A DNA stretch of 58,898 nt from Kiloniellales bacterium. GTDB taxonomy: Bacteria; Pseudomonadota; Alphaproteobacteria; Kiloniellales; JBOHKJ01. This document shows, in pieces, positions 19,086 through 28,702 of this stretch (positions are counted from its first letter, which is position 1; each line of letters begins with the position of its first letter). Made by a program: the position numbers and the translations under genes. The notes under the pieces were generated by a model that was given only the letters and a program-made list of their open reading frames with translations, was not told the DNA's origin and made no database searches. The stretch spans positions 1 to 58,898 of the forward strand of contig JBOHKJ010000288.1 of the NCBI GenBank assembly GCA_050728975.1, read 5' to 3'.

Positions 19086-19093
19086 GCGGCGGC

Positions 19094-20098
19094 ATGTCAT
19101 CAGACACGCCCTTGCTGGAGGTCAGAAACCTGCATATTGCGCTCCGCGCCGACGACGAGCGGTTCCCTATCGTCGAGGGAATCGACTTCGCCGTCGCGCC
19201 GGGCGAAGTCCTGGCCCTGGTCGGGGAGTCGGGCTGCGGCAAGAGCGTGACGGCGCAGAGCCTGCTTCAACTGCTGCCGCGCGAGCTCGAAATCGCCTCC
19301 GGCGAGATCCTGTTCCGCCGGTGCCAGGCGTCGCCGGCGGTCGATCTCGCCCGATTGCCCAAGGACGGCAGGGACATCCGACGCATCCGCGGCAACGAGA
19401 TCGCAATGATCTTTCAGGAGCCGATGAGCTCCTTCTCGCCCTTGCATACGGTCGGTGCCCAGATTGTCGAGGTGTTGCGGCTCCATCTCAAGCTTGGAAA
19501 GGCGGCGGCCCGGGCGCGCACCATCGAACTGCTCGACCTGGTGGGGATCGGCGATCCTGACCGCGCCGTCGATCAGTACCCCTACGAATTCTCCGGGGGC
19601 ATGCGCCAGCGCGCGATGATCGCCAAGGCGTTGTCCTGCAACCCGGCTCTGTTGATCGCCGATGAGCCGACCACGGCGCTGGACGTGACGATCCAGGCGC
19701 AGATTCTCGAGTTGATGCGCGACCTGCAGCGCGAGCTCCGCATGGCGATCGTCTTCATCACGCACGACCTTGGCGTTGTGGCTCAGCTCGCCGACCAAGT
19801 CGCCATCATGTACATGGGCCAGATCGTCGAGCGAGGGGTTGTGCGCGACGTGTTCAAAGACCCCAGGCACCCCTACACCGTGAACCTCATTCGCGCCATC
19901 CCGCGCCTCGGCGACTTGAAGGCGAGACGCCAGCTCGAGCCGATCCGCGGCAGTGTGCCGAGCCTGCGCGATCGGCCTGACGGCTGCAGCTTTCATCCAC
20001 GCTGCGACGCCTTCATGGCCGGGCGATGCGATTCGCTCGCGCCGACGAGCCGTGGCGTCGCGCCCGCTCACAGCGTGAGCTGCCATCTCTATGGTTGA
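19094..20098 (+). CDS. ABC transporter ATP-binding protein (DppD/OppD-like)
   Basis: Internal ATG 19094 of ORF 17984..20098. Walker A GESGCGKS, signature FSGGMRQR, Walker [14 protein letters not shown]-terminal oligopeptide-type Cys motif. Confidence 0.9.
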   Translation: MSSDTPLLEVRNLHIALRADDERFPIVEGIDFAVAPGEVLALVGESGCGKSVTAQSLLQLLPRELEIASGEILFRRCQASPAVDLARLPKDGRDIRRIRGNEIAMIFQEPMSSFSPLHTVGAQIVEVLRLHLKLGKAAARARTIELLDLVGIGDPDRAVDQYPYEFSGGMRQRAMIAKALSCNPALLIADEPTTALDVTIQAQILELMRDLQRELRMAIVFITHDLGVVAQLADQVAIMYMGQIVERGVVRDVFKDPRHPYTVNLIRAIPRLGDLKARRQLEPIRGSVPSLRDRPDGCSFHPRCDAFMAGRCDSLAPTSRGVAPAHSVSCHLYG

Positions 20099-21209
20099 GG
20101 GCGATCGGACCGGCGGCATGGACACCATCCTGAAGCTCGAGGACCTGCAGGTCCATTTCCCGATCGGTGAGAGCGGCTTGTTCAAGCGTCGCACGGGCGC
20201 GCTACGCGCCGTCGATGGCGTCGATCTGGAAATCCGGCGCGGCGAGACCCTCGGCCTGGTCGGGGAAAGCGGCTCCGGCAAGACCACACTGGGGCGCGCT
20301 CTGCTGCGCGCAATCGAGCCGACCGCCGGCCGCATCCTCTACGATCTGGGCGGCGAGCGCGGCGACCTGCGTGCTCTCGGGCGCCGCGCCTTGCGGCAGC
20401 AGTGGCGCAGGATGCAAATGGTCTTTCAAGATCCCTATTCGTCGCTCAACCCGCGCATGACCGTGCGGGATGTGATTGCCGAGCCGTTGGTCGCCAACCG
20501 TCTGGCGCGCGGCAAGGCGCTGGACCGGCAGGTCCGCGAGATCGCTGGCCTGTGCGGCCTGCGCGCCGATCATCTGGGGCGCTTTCCGCACGCGTTCAGC
20601 GGCGGTCAGCGCCAGCGTATCGCTATAGCCAGGGCCCTTGTACTGCGCCCGCTGTTCATCGTCTGCGACGAGCCGGTCTCGGCGCTCGACGTCTCGATCC
20701 AGGCGCAGATTCTCAATCTGCTGAAAGAGCTGCAGCAGGAGCTGTCGCTCACCTACCTGTTCATCGCGCACGATCTCGCCGCAGTTGCCTATGCCAGCGA
20801 CCGGGTAGCCGTGATGTACCTGGGCCAGATCGTCGAGTTGGCGCCGACGGAGCAACTCTACTATGGGCCTAGGCACCCCTATACCGAAGCACTCATGTCC
20901 GCGATTCCGGCGGCAGACCCCGACGAGCGCATGGCGCCGGTGCTGCTCCAGGGCGAGCGCCCGAGCCCGGCCAACCCGCCAAACGGCTGCCGCTTCCACA
21001 CGCGCTGCCGCTACGCCCAGGCGCGCTGCAGCAGCGAGGCGCCGGCGCTGCGCGAGATCGCAACGGGGCACCTATCCGCTTGTCACTTCGCAGAGACGCT
21101 GACGCTCAAGGGAGCGCGGGAGCTGACCGATAGCGCCGCCGCGCCGGCCGCGCCGCCGCGCGCCGGGCAGACCGTGAAGAACACCACTATCGGAGAGAAG
21201 TCCAGATGA
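20091..21209 (+). CDS. ABC transporter ATP-binding protein (DppF/OppF-like)
   Basis: Walker A GESGSGKT, signature FSGGQRQR, Walker [13 protein letters not shown]. Alternative start at ATG 20118. Confidence 0.9.
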   Translation: MVEGDRTGGMDTILKLEDLQVHFPIGESGLFKRRTGALRAVDGVDLEIRRGETLGLVGESGSGKTTLGRALLRAIEPTAGRILYDLGGERGDLRALGRRALRQQWRRMQMVFQDPYSSLNPRMTVRDVIAEPLVANRLARGKALDRQVREIAGLCGLRADHLGRFPHAFSGGQRQRIAIARALVLRPLFIVCDEPVSALDVSIQAQILNLLKELQQELSLTYLFIAHDLAAVAYASDRVAVMYLGQIVELAPTEQLYYGPRHPYTEALMSAIPAADPDERMAPVLLQGERPSPANPPNGCRFHTRCRYAQARCSSEAPALREIATGHLSACHFAETLTLKGARELTDSAAAPAAPPRAGQTVKNTTIGEKSR

Positions 21210-22768
21210 CCAACATTCTCCTGATTACCGCCGACCAGTGGCGCGGAGAGTGTCTGTCGGCGCTCCGGCATCCAGTCGTTCGCACGCCGCAGCTCGACGC
21301 GCTCGCGGCCGATGGCGTGCTGTTCCGCAACCACTTTGCGCAATGCGTGCCCTGCGGGCCGAGCCGCGCCTCCCTGCTCACCGGTACCTACCTGATGAAC
21401 CATCGCTCGGTGGGTAACGGAACGCCCCTCGACTCGCGCTTCACGAACATTGCGCTCGAGATGCGCAGGGCCGGCTACGAGCCGAGCCTGATCGGATACA
21501 CCGACACCTCGGCCGATCCGCGCAGCCGCGACCCGCGCGATCCCCTGGTCGCGCGCTACGAGGGCGTCTTGCCCGGTTTTCGGGAGATTGTGCCGGGCAG
21601 CGAGCTGCACTATGCCTGGGCGCGCAGCCTGGCCGCCAAGAGCTATGCGCTTCCGCCTGCGGGAAGCGACTTCTACCGCTGGTTCACGCCCGAGCCCACC
21701 CCTTCGGACAGCGGCCCGACCCGAGCCGCGGCCCGCTACAAGGCCGAAGACAGCGATACGGCCTTCGCGACCGATCGCGCTATCGAATTCGTCACCCACT
21801 CGGTTCGACGGCCCTGGTTTCTGCACCTCTCCCTCCTGCGCCCGCATCCGCCATTCGTGGCGCCCGCGCCGTACAATGCGCTCTACGGGCCCGAGGAGGT
21901 GTCGTGGATTCGGGGCGCCGCCTCGCCCGAGGCCGAGGCGGCGCTGCATCCCCATGTCGCCCACGTGCTGCGCCACCACTATGCCTTCGACGGCCACGAT
22001 CCGGCGCGTCACCCGGCCGAGGAGGGTGCCATACGACAGCTCCGGGCCACCTACTACGGGCTGATGAGCGAGGTCGACGACAATCTCGGCCGCCTCTTCG
22101 CAGCGCTCCGCGCACAGGGCCAATACGACGACACTCTGATTGTCTTCACTTCCGATCATGGCGAGCAGCTCTGGGATCACTGGATGCTGGGCAAGAGCAG
22201 CTTCTTCGACCAGAGCGTCCAGGTGCCGCTGATCGTCAATCCGCCAGTCTCGCTCGGCGGCACGGCGAAAGGCCATATCGTCTCGGCCTTCACGGAAAGC
22301 GTCGACGTTATGCCGAGCGTCCTGGAGGCGGTCGGTCTGGAGGCGCCGTTGCAATGCGACGGCGAATCGCTCCTGCCATTCCTGTGCGGCGCTGCGCCGA
22401 AAGACTGGCGTCAGCAGGTGCATTGGGAAATCGATTTTCGCGACGTTTACCACCGCCGCGCCGAGCGGGATCTCGGAATTCCCCTGGATCTCTGCTCGCT
22501 CTCCGTTGTCCGGGACGAGTGTTACAAGTACGTCTACTTCGCTGCACTGCCGCCGCTGCTCTTCGACCTGCGGGACGATCCCGACGAGCGCATCGACCGG
22601 GCGGCGGACCCCGCTCTTGCCCGCACCCAGCTGGACTACGCGCAGTCGATGCTGTCCTGGCGTCTGGCGCATGCCGAGCGAACTCTCACTGGCATTCGTC
22701 TGGTAGCCAAGGGACCGCACGAGGTTCCGCGATCGGACCGGCTGCATGCCTACCGGCCCTCGGCGTGA
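21206..22768 (+). CDS. Sulfatase/alkaline-phosphatase superfamily enzyme, phosphonate monoester hydrolase (PMH)-like, Cys-type formylglycine motif
   Basis: No signal peptide. ILLITADQWRG, CVPCGPSRASLLTG (C-x-P-x-R), FTSDHGEQL, YKYVYFAALPPLLFDL and SWRLAHAERTLT track my recollection of rhizobial PMH. Confidence 0.8.
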   Translation: MTNILLITADQWRGECLSALRHPVVRTPQLDALAADGVLFRNHFAQCVPCGPSRASLLTGTYLMNHRSVGNGTPLDSRFTNIALEMRRAGYEPSLIGYTDTSADPRSRDPRDPLVARYEGVLPGFREIVPGSELHYAWARSLAAKSYALPPAGSDFYRWFTPEPTPSDSGPTRAAARYKAEDSDTAFATDRAIEFVTHSVRRPWFLHLSLLRPHPPFVAPAPYNALYGPEEVSWIRGAASPEAEAALHPHVAHVLRHHYAFDGHDPARHPAEEGAIRQLRATYYGLMSEVDDNLGRLFAALRAQGQYDDTLIVFTSDHGEQLWDHWMLGKSSFFDQSVQVPLIVNPPVSLGGTAKGHIVSAFTESVDVMPSVLEAVGLEAPLQCDGESLLPFLCGAAPKDWRQQVHWEIDFRDVYHRRAERDLGIPLDLCSLSVVRDECYKYVYFAALPPLLFDLRDDPDERIDRAADPALARTQLDYAQSMLSWRLAHAERTLTGIRLVAKGPHEVPRSDRLHAYRPSA

Positions 22769-22791
22769 CCCTTCAGGCGAAGCCGGAGCTC

Positions 22792-23475
22792 ATGTCGCGC
22801 TTCATCGATCTGTCGCATGAGCTGAAAGACGGCATGACCGGCCCGCGAGTCCGTCTGCCCGACGGCACGCTGCTCGACGGAAGGCCCCTCATCCGCCCCT
22901 GGCTCACGCGCGAGCAATCCGCCGCAGTGCTGAAGGAGCAGGCGTCATTCGAAATTTCGGAGATGCGCTTCGTGGCCTCGACCGGGACCTATCTCGACTC
23001 TCCCTACGGCCGCTATCCGGACGGGCGGGATATCGCCGATCTCCGGCTGGACGAGCTCGTCCTGCCCGGCGTGGCTTTCGATCTGCGCGAGCGGCCACCC
23101 GGCGCTGCGGTTGGGCCGGAGATTTTGCAGCCGGGGCTGGAGGTCGCGGGAGCCGCGGTCTTGTTCAACTTCGGCTGGGATCGGCACTGGGGCACCGAGG
23201 CCTATCGACGCCATCCGCATATCTCACCGGCACTGGCCGACCGCCTGGTGGAGCGTGGCGCACGCTTGCTCGCCTTCGACACCGGCAACGCCGATGCCCC
23301 CGATACGCCGGCACATCCGGTCCACTCGAGCCTGTTGGCCAAGGATGTCCTGATCGCGGAGAATCTTACCGGGATCGAGCGGCTGCACGGCCTGTCGTTT
23401 CGCTTCTTCGTGGTTCCCGTCAAAGGTCGCCGAGTATCCTCCATGCCAGTCAGGGCCTTTGCAGAGATCCTCTGA
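22792..23475 (+). CDS. Cyclase/kynurenine-formamidase family protein with a degenerate metal motif
   Basis: Internal ATG 22792 of ORF 21904..23475. FIDLSHEL...STGTYLDSPYG...VLFNFGWD...HPHISPALADRLVERGARLLAFD fits the PF04199-like layout. Confidence 0.75.
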   Translation: MSRFIDLSHELKDGMTGPRVRLPDGTLLDGRPLIRPWLTREQSAAVLKEQASFEISEMRFVASTGTYLDSPYGRYPDGRDIADLRLDELVLPGVAFDLRERPPGAAVGPEILQPGLEVAGAAVLFNFGWDRHWGTEAYRRHPHISPALADRLVERGARLLAFDTGNADAPDTPAHPVHSSLLAKDVLIAENLTGIERLHGLSFRFFVVPVKGRRVSSMPVRAFAEIL

Positions 23476-23704
23476 ATGCCGCTCTATCTCAACCTGATCG
23501 AGTGATGACCAGCAGCGGCATGTCGCTCAAGGTGGCCGTGCACGACTTCGACCCGAAGGTTCGATGCGGCCGTTGCTGCTCGAAGGCTAGCGGCCTGATC
23601 CCGCCTATCCTCCGCCCGGCTAGTCCCTCCAAACTCACTGCCACTATTCGGCCGGACTGTGTCGGGTCGAGCCACCACCGCTGCGTCCCGTCGCGGCTGG
23701 CTTT

Positions 23705-25210
23705 GTGATCGCGGCGATGGAGCCTATCGGCCGCGGAGCATCTCCCAGGGATCGTGTCGTCGCCATCGATCAAGGCACCACGGCGACCAAGGCCTTCGCG
23801 CTGAATCGGCAAGGCGATTTTGAGGCCATAGCGAAGCTCTCGCACCGGCAGATACTTCCGCGCTCCGGCTGGGTCGAGCACGATCCCGAGGAGTTGCTTG
23901 GAAATCTGCAGCGCTGTCTGAAGCGGTCGGGGCCCGGTCTCGCTGTCGGCCTCGACAATCAGGGCGAGACCGTGGTGGCGTGGGACGCCCGAACCGGCCG
24001 ACCAGTCTATAACGCCATCGTATGGCAGGATACGCGCACCAAGGCCATGATCGAACAACTCCGGTCCACGGGCGCCGAAGCCGAGACCAAGGCGCGCGCC
24101 GGCCTGCCGCTCGATTCCTATTTCTCCGCCGCCAAGCTGCGCTGGATCCTGGACAATGTAGCCGAAGCCAAGGTCCTGGCGCGGGAGAAAAGGCTGCGCC
24201 TTGGGACCAGCGACGCCTATTTCCTCGATCGTCTCGTTGGGCACTACGCGACCGACGTTTCGACGGCCGCGCGCACCAGCCTGATGAATCTCGACACGCT
24301 CGAGTGGGATGCAACTCTCTGCGAACTCTTCGGTATTCCCGGAGAATTATTGCCGGAAATCCGCCCGACAACCGGAGAATTCGGCGAAGTTGCCATCGAA
24401 GGCGGGACAGCACCGATCACCGCCAGCGTCGTCGACCAGACAGCCGCACTCTTCGGGCACCGCTGTTTCGAGCCTGGACGAGCCAAGATCACCTTTGGGA
24501 CCGGCGCCTTCGCGCTCAGTGTAACCGGAACGGCGCGAGCCGACGTTGCCGAGAGCGGGCTCTTGCCCGTCGTTGCTTGGAAGCTGGGCAACGCCCCGGC
24601 GATCTATGCTATCGACGGCGGTGTCTACAGCGCAGGATCGGCGGTCGACTGGGCACGATCGATGGGCCTTTTCGGTGGCTTCGAAGAGATCGACTCATTC
24701 CAAGCGCCAAGTGCGATCTCGCGCGGCTTGGCCTTCGTTCCAGCGCTTTCGGGGCTGGCCTGTCCCTATTGGGACCGTGAGGCAGCAGGGCTCTTTATCG
24801 GCATGGGCCTGGAGACCACACAGTGGGATCTCTGCCAGTCGGTGCTGGAGGGGATAGCCTTGCGCGCGGCACAGGTGATCGCGGCTATGGCTGACCTGTC
24901 CGGAATAGGGCCGGAGGTGTCCATCGATGGCGGCCTGTCGCTCAACCTCTATTTCCGGCGATTCCTGGCAGATGCGCTCGACCGAAGGGTTGTCGTGCCC
25001 TCCACTCCCGAAGCGACCAGTCTGGGTACGGCCTGGCTTGCCATGCTGGGCGCTGGCCTGGTCGCCTCGTTGGATGAGCTGCCGAGTCGCGATGCAAACG
25101 CGGTAATTGAGAAGCCGCAGGAGCCCGTGACTCCGGGGCAGCATGCCTGCTTTGCCGAGGCGGTCGCGCGAGCGCGTGGCTGGCGACGAGATTTACGCCC
25201 GAGCTTATGA
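23705..25210 (+). CDS. glpK: Glycerol kinase (FGGY family)
   Basis: VVAIDQGTTATKAF...GWVEHDPEE...AIVWQDTRT...YFSAAKLRWILDNV are GlpK-type blocks. About 500 aa. Alternative start at ATG 23717. Confidence 0.8.
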   Translation: MIAAMEPIGRGASPRDRVVAIDQGTTATKAFALNRQGDFEAIAKLSHRQILPRSGWVEHDPEELLGNLQRCLKRSGPGLAVGLDNQGETVVAWDARTGRPVYNAIVWQDTRTKAMIEQLRSTGAEAETKARAGLPLDSYFSAAKLRWILDNVAEAKVLAREKRLRLGTSDAYFLDRLVGHYATDVSTAARTSLMNLDTLEWDATLCELFGIPGELLPEIRPTTGEFGEVAIEGGTAPITASVVDQTAALFGHRCFEPGRAKITFGTGAFALSVTGTARADVAESGLLPVVAWKLGNAPAIYAIDGGVYSAGSAVDWARSMGLFGGFEEIDSFQAPSAISRGLAFVPALSGLACPYWDREAAGLFIGMGLETTQWDLCQSVLEGIALRAAQVIAAMADLSGIGPEVSIDGGLSLNLYFRRFLADALDRRVVVPSTPEATSLGTAWLAMLGAGLVASLDELPSRDANAVIEKPQEPVTPGQHACFAEAVARARGWRRDLRPSL

Positions 25211-25393
25211 GGCAGCGTAAACACGAGTTCTGGCAGGCAGCGTCAGCTCGAACGTGCCGTCTATGCGGCTTTGGGGCTGTCGCCGGAACCTCCAAGCAAC
25301 CGAATACCTGCTCCGGCGTTGAAGAGATCCTCGGGAGGTGACGTCAATGGCCAGATTGCCTGGCGTCACCCGATTGGCCCGCTGGGGCGCGAC

Positions 25394-26329
25394 CTAGCGC
25401 GCCTTTGCTTGACGCAACCGTGCGGTGCGTGCTTGCAGGTTATGCTCCGCCTTGAGAGCCCGCGCGACCGTAAAGAACTCTCGGACCAGACGCGAGTCCT
25501 TGCGCTCGGTCAGGCAATTCACATGGGCAGTCGTGAAGATCTCGGCACCTTTGACCTCGACAACGCGGAGCGCAGGATGAGGGATGTATTCGATGTCGGA
25601 GACGGCGCCGATTCCGATGCCGCGTACGACCGCCAGCCAGACTGCCTCCCGGCTACCGATCTCCATCACTGGATTCACCGTGACCCCTGCTCTGCGAAGC
25701 GCTGCCTCGACGGCCAGACGGGTGGTCGAGCCGGTCTCGCGTAGCACCATCCGTTGACCTTCGAGCTCCTCGATCTGGATACGCCGCCGGCCCTGCTTTG
25801 CCCAGGGATGGTCGGTATTGACGAATATAACCACCGGGTGGCGGCTATAGGGCATGGCGAAGATGCGAGGATCGTCTTCGGCATGCGCTAGCACCGCTAC
25901 GTCTACACTATAGTCGAGAAGCCGTTCCACCATGTCACGCGAATTGCCGACGGTCACGCTCAGTTGGATTCCCGGATGCCGCTCGTTGAAGGCCCACAGC
26001 ATCTCGATCGCGTGATAGGGACCGACGGCACCAACCTTGATGTGCCCGGTGTGAAAACCGCCATAGGCATTGAGCAGGTCCCGGACCTCTTCCTCGAGAA
26101 CCATGATGCGCTGGGCAATCTGAAAGAGCTCGCGGCCGGCGCTCGTGAGTTCGACGGACCGCCCCCTTCGGTAGAACAGCTCCACGGAGAAATAACGCTC
26201 CAATGCGCGCACTTGGCTGGTGATCGTTGGTTGCCCTATCCCTAAGGTCCGAGATGCAGCCGTGAATCCGCCCTCGGCCGCCACTGCGTGAAATGATCGA
26301 AGCTGCGTGTAAATCATCGATTTAAGCAA
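25394..26329 (-). CDS. LysR family transcriptional regulator
   Basis: N-terminal HTH (QLRSFHAVAAEGGFTAASRTLGIGQPTITSQVRALE) plus a LysR substrate-binding domain. Divergent from the ADH/phn genes. Confidence 0.9.
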   Translation of the reverse strand: MLKSMIYTQLRSFHAVAAEGGFTAASRTLGIGQPTITSQVRALERYFSVELFYRRGRSVELTSAGRELFQIAQRIMVLEEEVRDLLNAYGGFHTGHIKVGAVGPYHAIEMLWAFNERHPGIQLSVTVGNSRDMVERLLDYSVDVAVLAHAEDDPRIFAMPYSRHPVVIFVNTDHPWAKQGRRRIQIEELEGQRMVLRETGSTTRLAVEAALRRAGVTVNPVMEIGSREAVWLAVVRGIGIGAVSDIEYIPHPALRVVEVKGAEIFTTAHVNCLTERKDSRLVREFFTVARALKAEHNLQARTARLRQAKAR

Positions 26330-26438
26330 TGAGTATGATCGAAATTTTGCATTGGATCAATAGTGAGGAGCATGGGAGCATCGCTCCAGTGGGAGAGGCC
26401 CAGCCGGATCTGGCGCGCAAGCGGGAGAGTAAGCAGCG

Positions 26439-27557
26439 GTGTGGACTTACGCCAATCCGGTGAAAGTTCATTTCGGCCCCGGGGCGGTCGACGGGGTCGC
26501 TGATGTCCTCAGCGGTCGCCCCTATGCGATTGTCACTTACCACGAAGTTCTGTTCCACGAGATCGCCGCGCGAATTGCCAGCCGCGCGGGCCAACCGGCT
26601 GTCGTTATAGATGGCATAGCGCCAAACCCCGACTACCCCATGCTGCATGCTGCCTGTCGGCAGTTTGCCACTGCCAAGGACATGCCCGGTGTGATTCTGG
26701 CGCTGGGAGGTGGGTCGGTGATTGACGCCGCAAAGGTGATTGCGGCGGGTGCCGGCGGATTTGCGCCGGTGCAGGCGTATCTGGAAGGCTCTGTCGACGT
26801 TGGCGCGCTGACCGCCGTTCCTATCGTTGCGGTTCCGACCACTGCCGGCACTGGAAGCGAGGTCACGAGTTGGGCGACGGTCTGGGACAGGGAAAGCGGC
26901 CGAAAGCGGTCGCTTGCGCACCAGAGCCTCTATCCCACCGATGCGGTCGTAGACCCCGATCTTATGACCGGAATGCCGGGCGGCCTCACTATCAGCACGG
27001 CGCTCGATGCGCTCTCGCATAGCCTGGAAGCCATCTGGAACGTCAATGCCAATCCAGTATCGACGAACCATGCGGTCTTTGCGGCCTGCGAGCTGTTGGA
27101 ATGCCTGCCGCGCTTAGTCGAGGATCTGGACAACCGTACCCTGCGCATGCGAATCGCTCGCGCTGCGCTGCTCGCTGGCCTTGCTTTCTCCAACACGAAA
27201 ACAACGCTGGCGCATTCCATCTCGTATCCCATCACCTTGCGTCACGACATGCCGCACGGTTTTGCTTGCTCGTTCAGCCTGGCGATGGTCATGCGCAGTG
27301 TCATCGGGGTGAGCCCCGACTGCGACGAAGCTCTGCGACGCATCTTTGGCAGAGATCTCCACTCTGGTGCCAGCCGGTTGGAGCGGTTCCTGGTCGGGCT
27401 GGGTGTATCGGTCCGGCCAGCCGACCATGGTATCGCCGGGGATGAATGGCAGAGCATCGTTATGGACGCGATCGGCGGCGAGCGCGGGCGCAACTTCATC
27501 GGCAGCAGGGAGCGGATCGTGGACAGCTTGATCGCAGGAGGAGGGCGAGGAGCGTAA
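26439..27557 (+). CDS. Iron-containing (group III) alcohol dehydrogenase, phosphonoacetaldehyde-reductase-like
   Basis: GTG start. MWTYANPVKVHFGPGAV...LALGGGSVIDAAK...VPTTAGTGSEVT...HSLEAIW...LAHSISYP are Fe-ADH motifs. The phosphonate assignment rests on context only. Confidence 0.75.
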   Translation: MWTYANPVKVHFGPGAVDGVADVLSGRPYAIVTYHEVLFHEIAARIASRAGQPAVVIDGIAPNPDYPMLHAACRQFATAKDMPGVILALGGGSVIDAAKVIAAGAGGFAPVQAYLEGSVDVGALTAVPIVAVPTTAGTGSEVTSWATVWDRESGRKRSLAHQSLYPTDAVVDPDLMTGMPGGLTISTALDALSHSLEAIWNVNANPVSTNHAVFAACELLECLPRLVEDLDNRTLRMRIARAALLAGLAFSNTKTTLAHSISYPITLRHDMPHGFACSFSLAMVMRSVIGVSPDCDEALRRIFGRDLHSGASRLERFLVGLGVSVRPADHGIAGDEWQSIVMDAIGGERGRNFIGSRERIVDSLIAGGGRGA

Positions 27558-27678
27558 GGAGTCGTCGTGTTGTCGCGCTGGGCAAGGATGCCCACCTGAT
27601 CGCGTAGGCGACCAAAAAACCTGACGGAAGCTCAGGGACACAATCAATCGTCAACATCACCACGGGAGGACGTACACC

Positions 27679-28617
27679 ATGAAAAGATGCAAGAAACGAT
27701 ATCATCCGAGTTCGTTCAGCATGACGAACGGCCTCGCCGCCGCGCTCGCGCTCGCCATAGTTGCGGCCTCTGGAGCCCTGACGGGAGCCAAGGCCGCCGA
27801 GTGCGAGAACCCCGAGGCGCTTCGCTTCTCGATCATTCCGACGGAGGAAACGATCCAGGAGCTCACGATCTACAAACCGGTCATCGATCTGCTGTCCAAG
27901 AATACGGGAAAGAAGATCGAATTCTACATGCCGACCTCCTACGCCTCGGTCGTCGAAGCTATGATCGGCGGCTGGGTGGATATTGGCGTACACGGGCCGA
28001 ACTCCTACGTGCTGGCCCGCGAGAAGGACCCTACCATCGAGGTCTTCGCAACTTACGCCAAGCGCCCTGGCTATCTTCAGGAAGAAGGACCCGGATACCG
28101 GGCGGTGCTGATCGTCAGGAAAGACTCGAAGTTCGACAGCATCGAATCCTTGAAGGGCACCACGATCGGCCTCACCGATCCGGCCAGTACTTCGGGCAAC
28201 CTGATCCCGCGCGTCCTCTTTTCCAAGGAAGTCGGCACCGAGCTCGAAGAGTACTTCGATAAGGTCGTTTACACTGGCGAGCACGACAAATCGACGATTG
28301 CCGTTTACGAGAACAAGGTTGATGCGGCCTTCGTTGCCACGCATCGCTTCGATAACGTAGTCGAGCGTGGGCTCGTGAAGCTGGACGACTTCGAAGTCCT
28401 CTGGAAGTCACCGCCGGTTCCGCAAGATCCTTTTACATACCGCGGTGCGCTCTGCGACGACCTTAAGGCCAAGATCAAGGAGACATTTCTGACCTTGCAG
28501 GATCATCCGGAGGCGAAGCAATTCCTGGAGAACGTGAACGCGAACAAGTTCGTGGAGATGGAGGATGCCGACTACGACATCATCCGCGAGCTTCGAGCGG
28601 CCAAGGAGAAGATGTAG
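27679..28617 (+). CDS. phnD: Phosphonate/phosphite ABC transporter substrate-binding protein
   Basis: Signal peptide. LRFSIIPTEE...YASVVEAMIGGWVDIGVHGPNSYV...GLTDPASTSGNLIPR is PhnD family. Alternative start at ATG 27721. Confidence 0.85.
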   Translation: MKRCKKRYHPSSFSMTNGLAAALALAIVAASGALTGAKAAECENPEALRFSIIPTEETIQELTIYKPVIDLLSKNTGKKIEFYMPTSYASVVEAMIGGWVDIGVHGPNSYVLAREKDPTIEVFATYAKRPGYLQEEGPGYRAVLIVRKDSKFDSIESLKGTTIGLTDPASTSGNLIPRVLFSKEVGTELEEYFDKVVYTGEHDKSTIAVYENKVDAAFVATHRFDNVVERGLVKLDDFEVLWKSPPVPQDPFTYRGALCDDLKAKIKETFLTLQDHPEAKQFLENVNANKFVEMEDADYDIIRELRAAKEKM

Positions 28618-28630
28618 CTGTAAAGCCGAG

Positions 28631-28680
28631 GTACCTTGGCGGGTCTGGGCGATTAGGCGCCTATCCGGACCCGCCGGTAC
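28631..28680 (+). other. Long interrupted stem-loop between phnD and phnC
   Basis: GTACC..GGCGGGTC (28631-28645) pairs with GACCCGCC GGTAC (28668-28680). 13 bp in total with a TT bulge. Confidence 0.4.
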
Positions 28681-28702
28681 TGCCTATGCCGAGGGAAATT
28701 CC

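Noticed and set aside
17984-19093. 5' two-thirds of the 704-aa ORF 17984..20098
   Set aside because: This frame is merely open across the permease gene and translates to Pro/Arg/Gly-rich sequence. The real ATPase begins at ATG 19094, with its Walker A motif about 45 residues in.
21083-22747. 554-aa ORF antisense to the PMH-like gene
   Set aside because: It is a mirror-frame artefact, Arg/Gly/Ala-rich with no domain signature. The sense frame has strong family motifs.
10893-25210. tRNA-Val-linked genomic island
   Set aside because: tRNA adjacency and a short lower-GC spacer (10968-11099) are suggestive. However, I found no integrase, no duplicated tRNA 3' end and no obvious compositional shift in the genes.
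26330-26438. LysR-type T-N11-A box in the lysR/ADH divergent region (TGATC-N14-GATCA around 26335-26358)
   Set aside because: The spacing does not fit the usual ATC-N9-GAT LysR pattern. I cannot distinguish it from chance.
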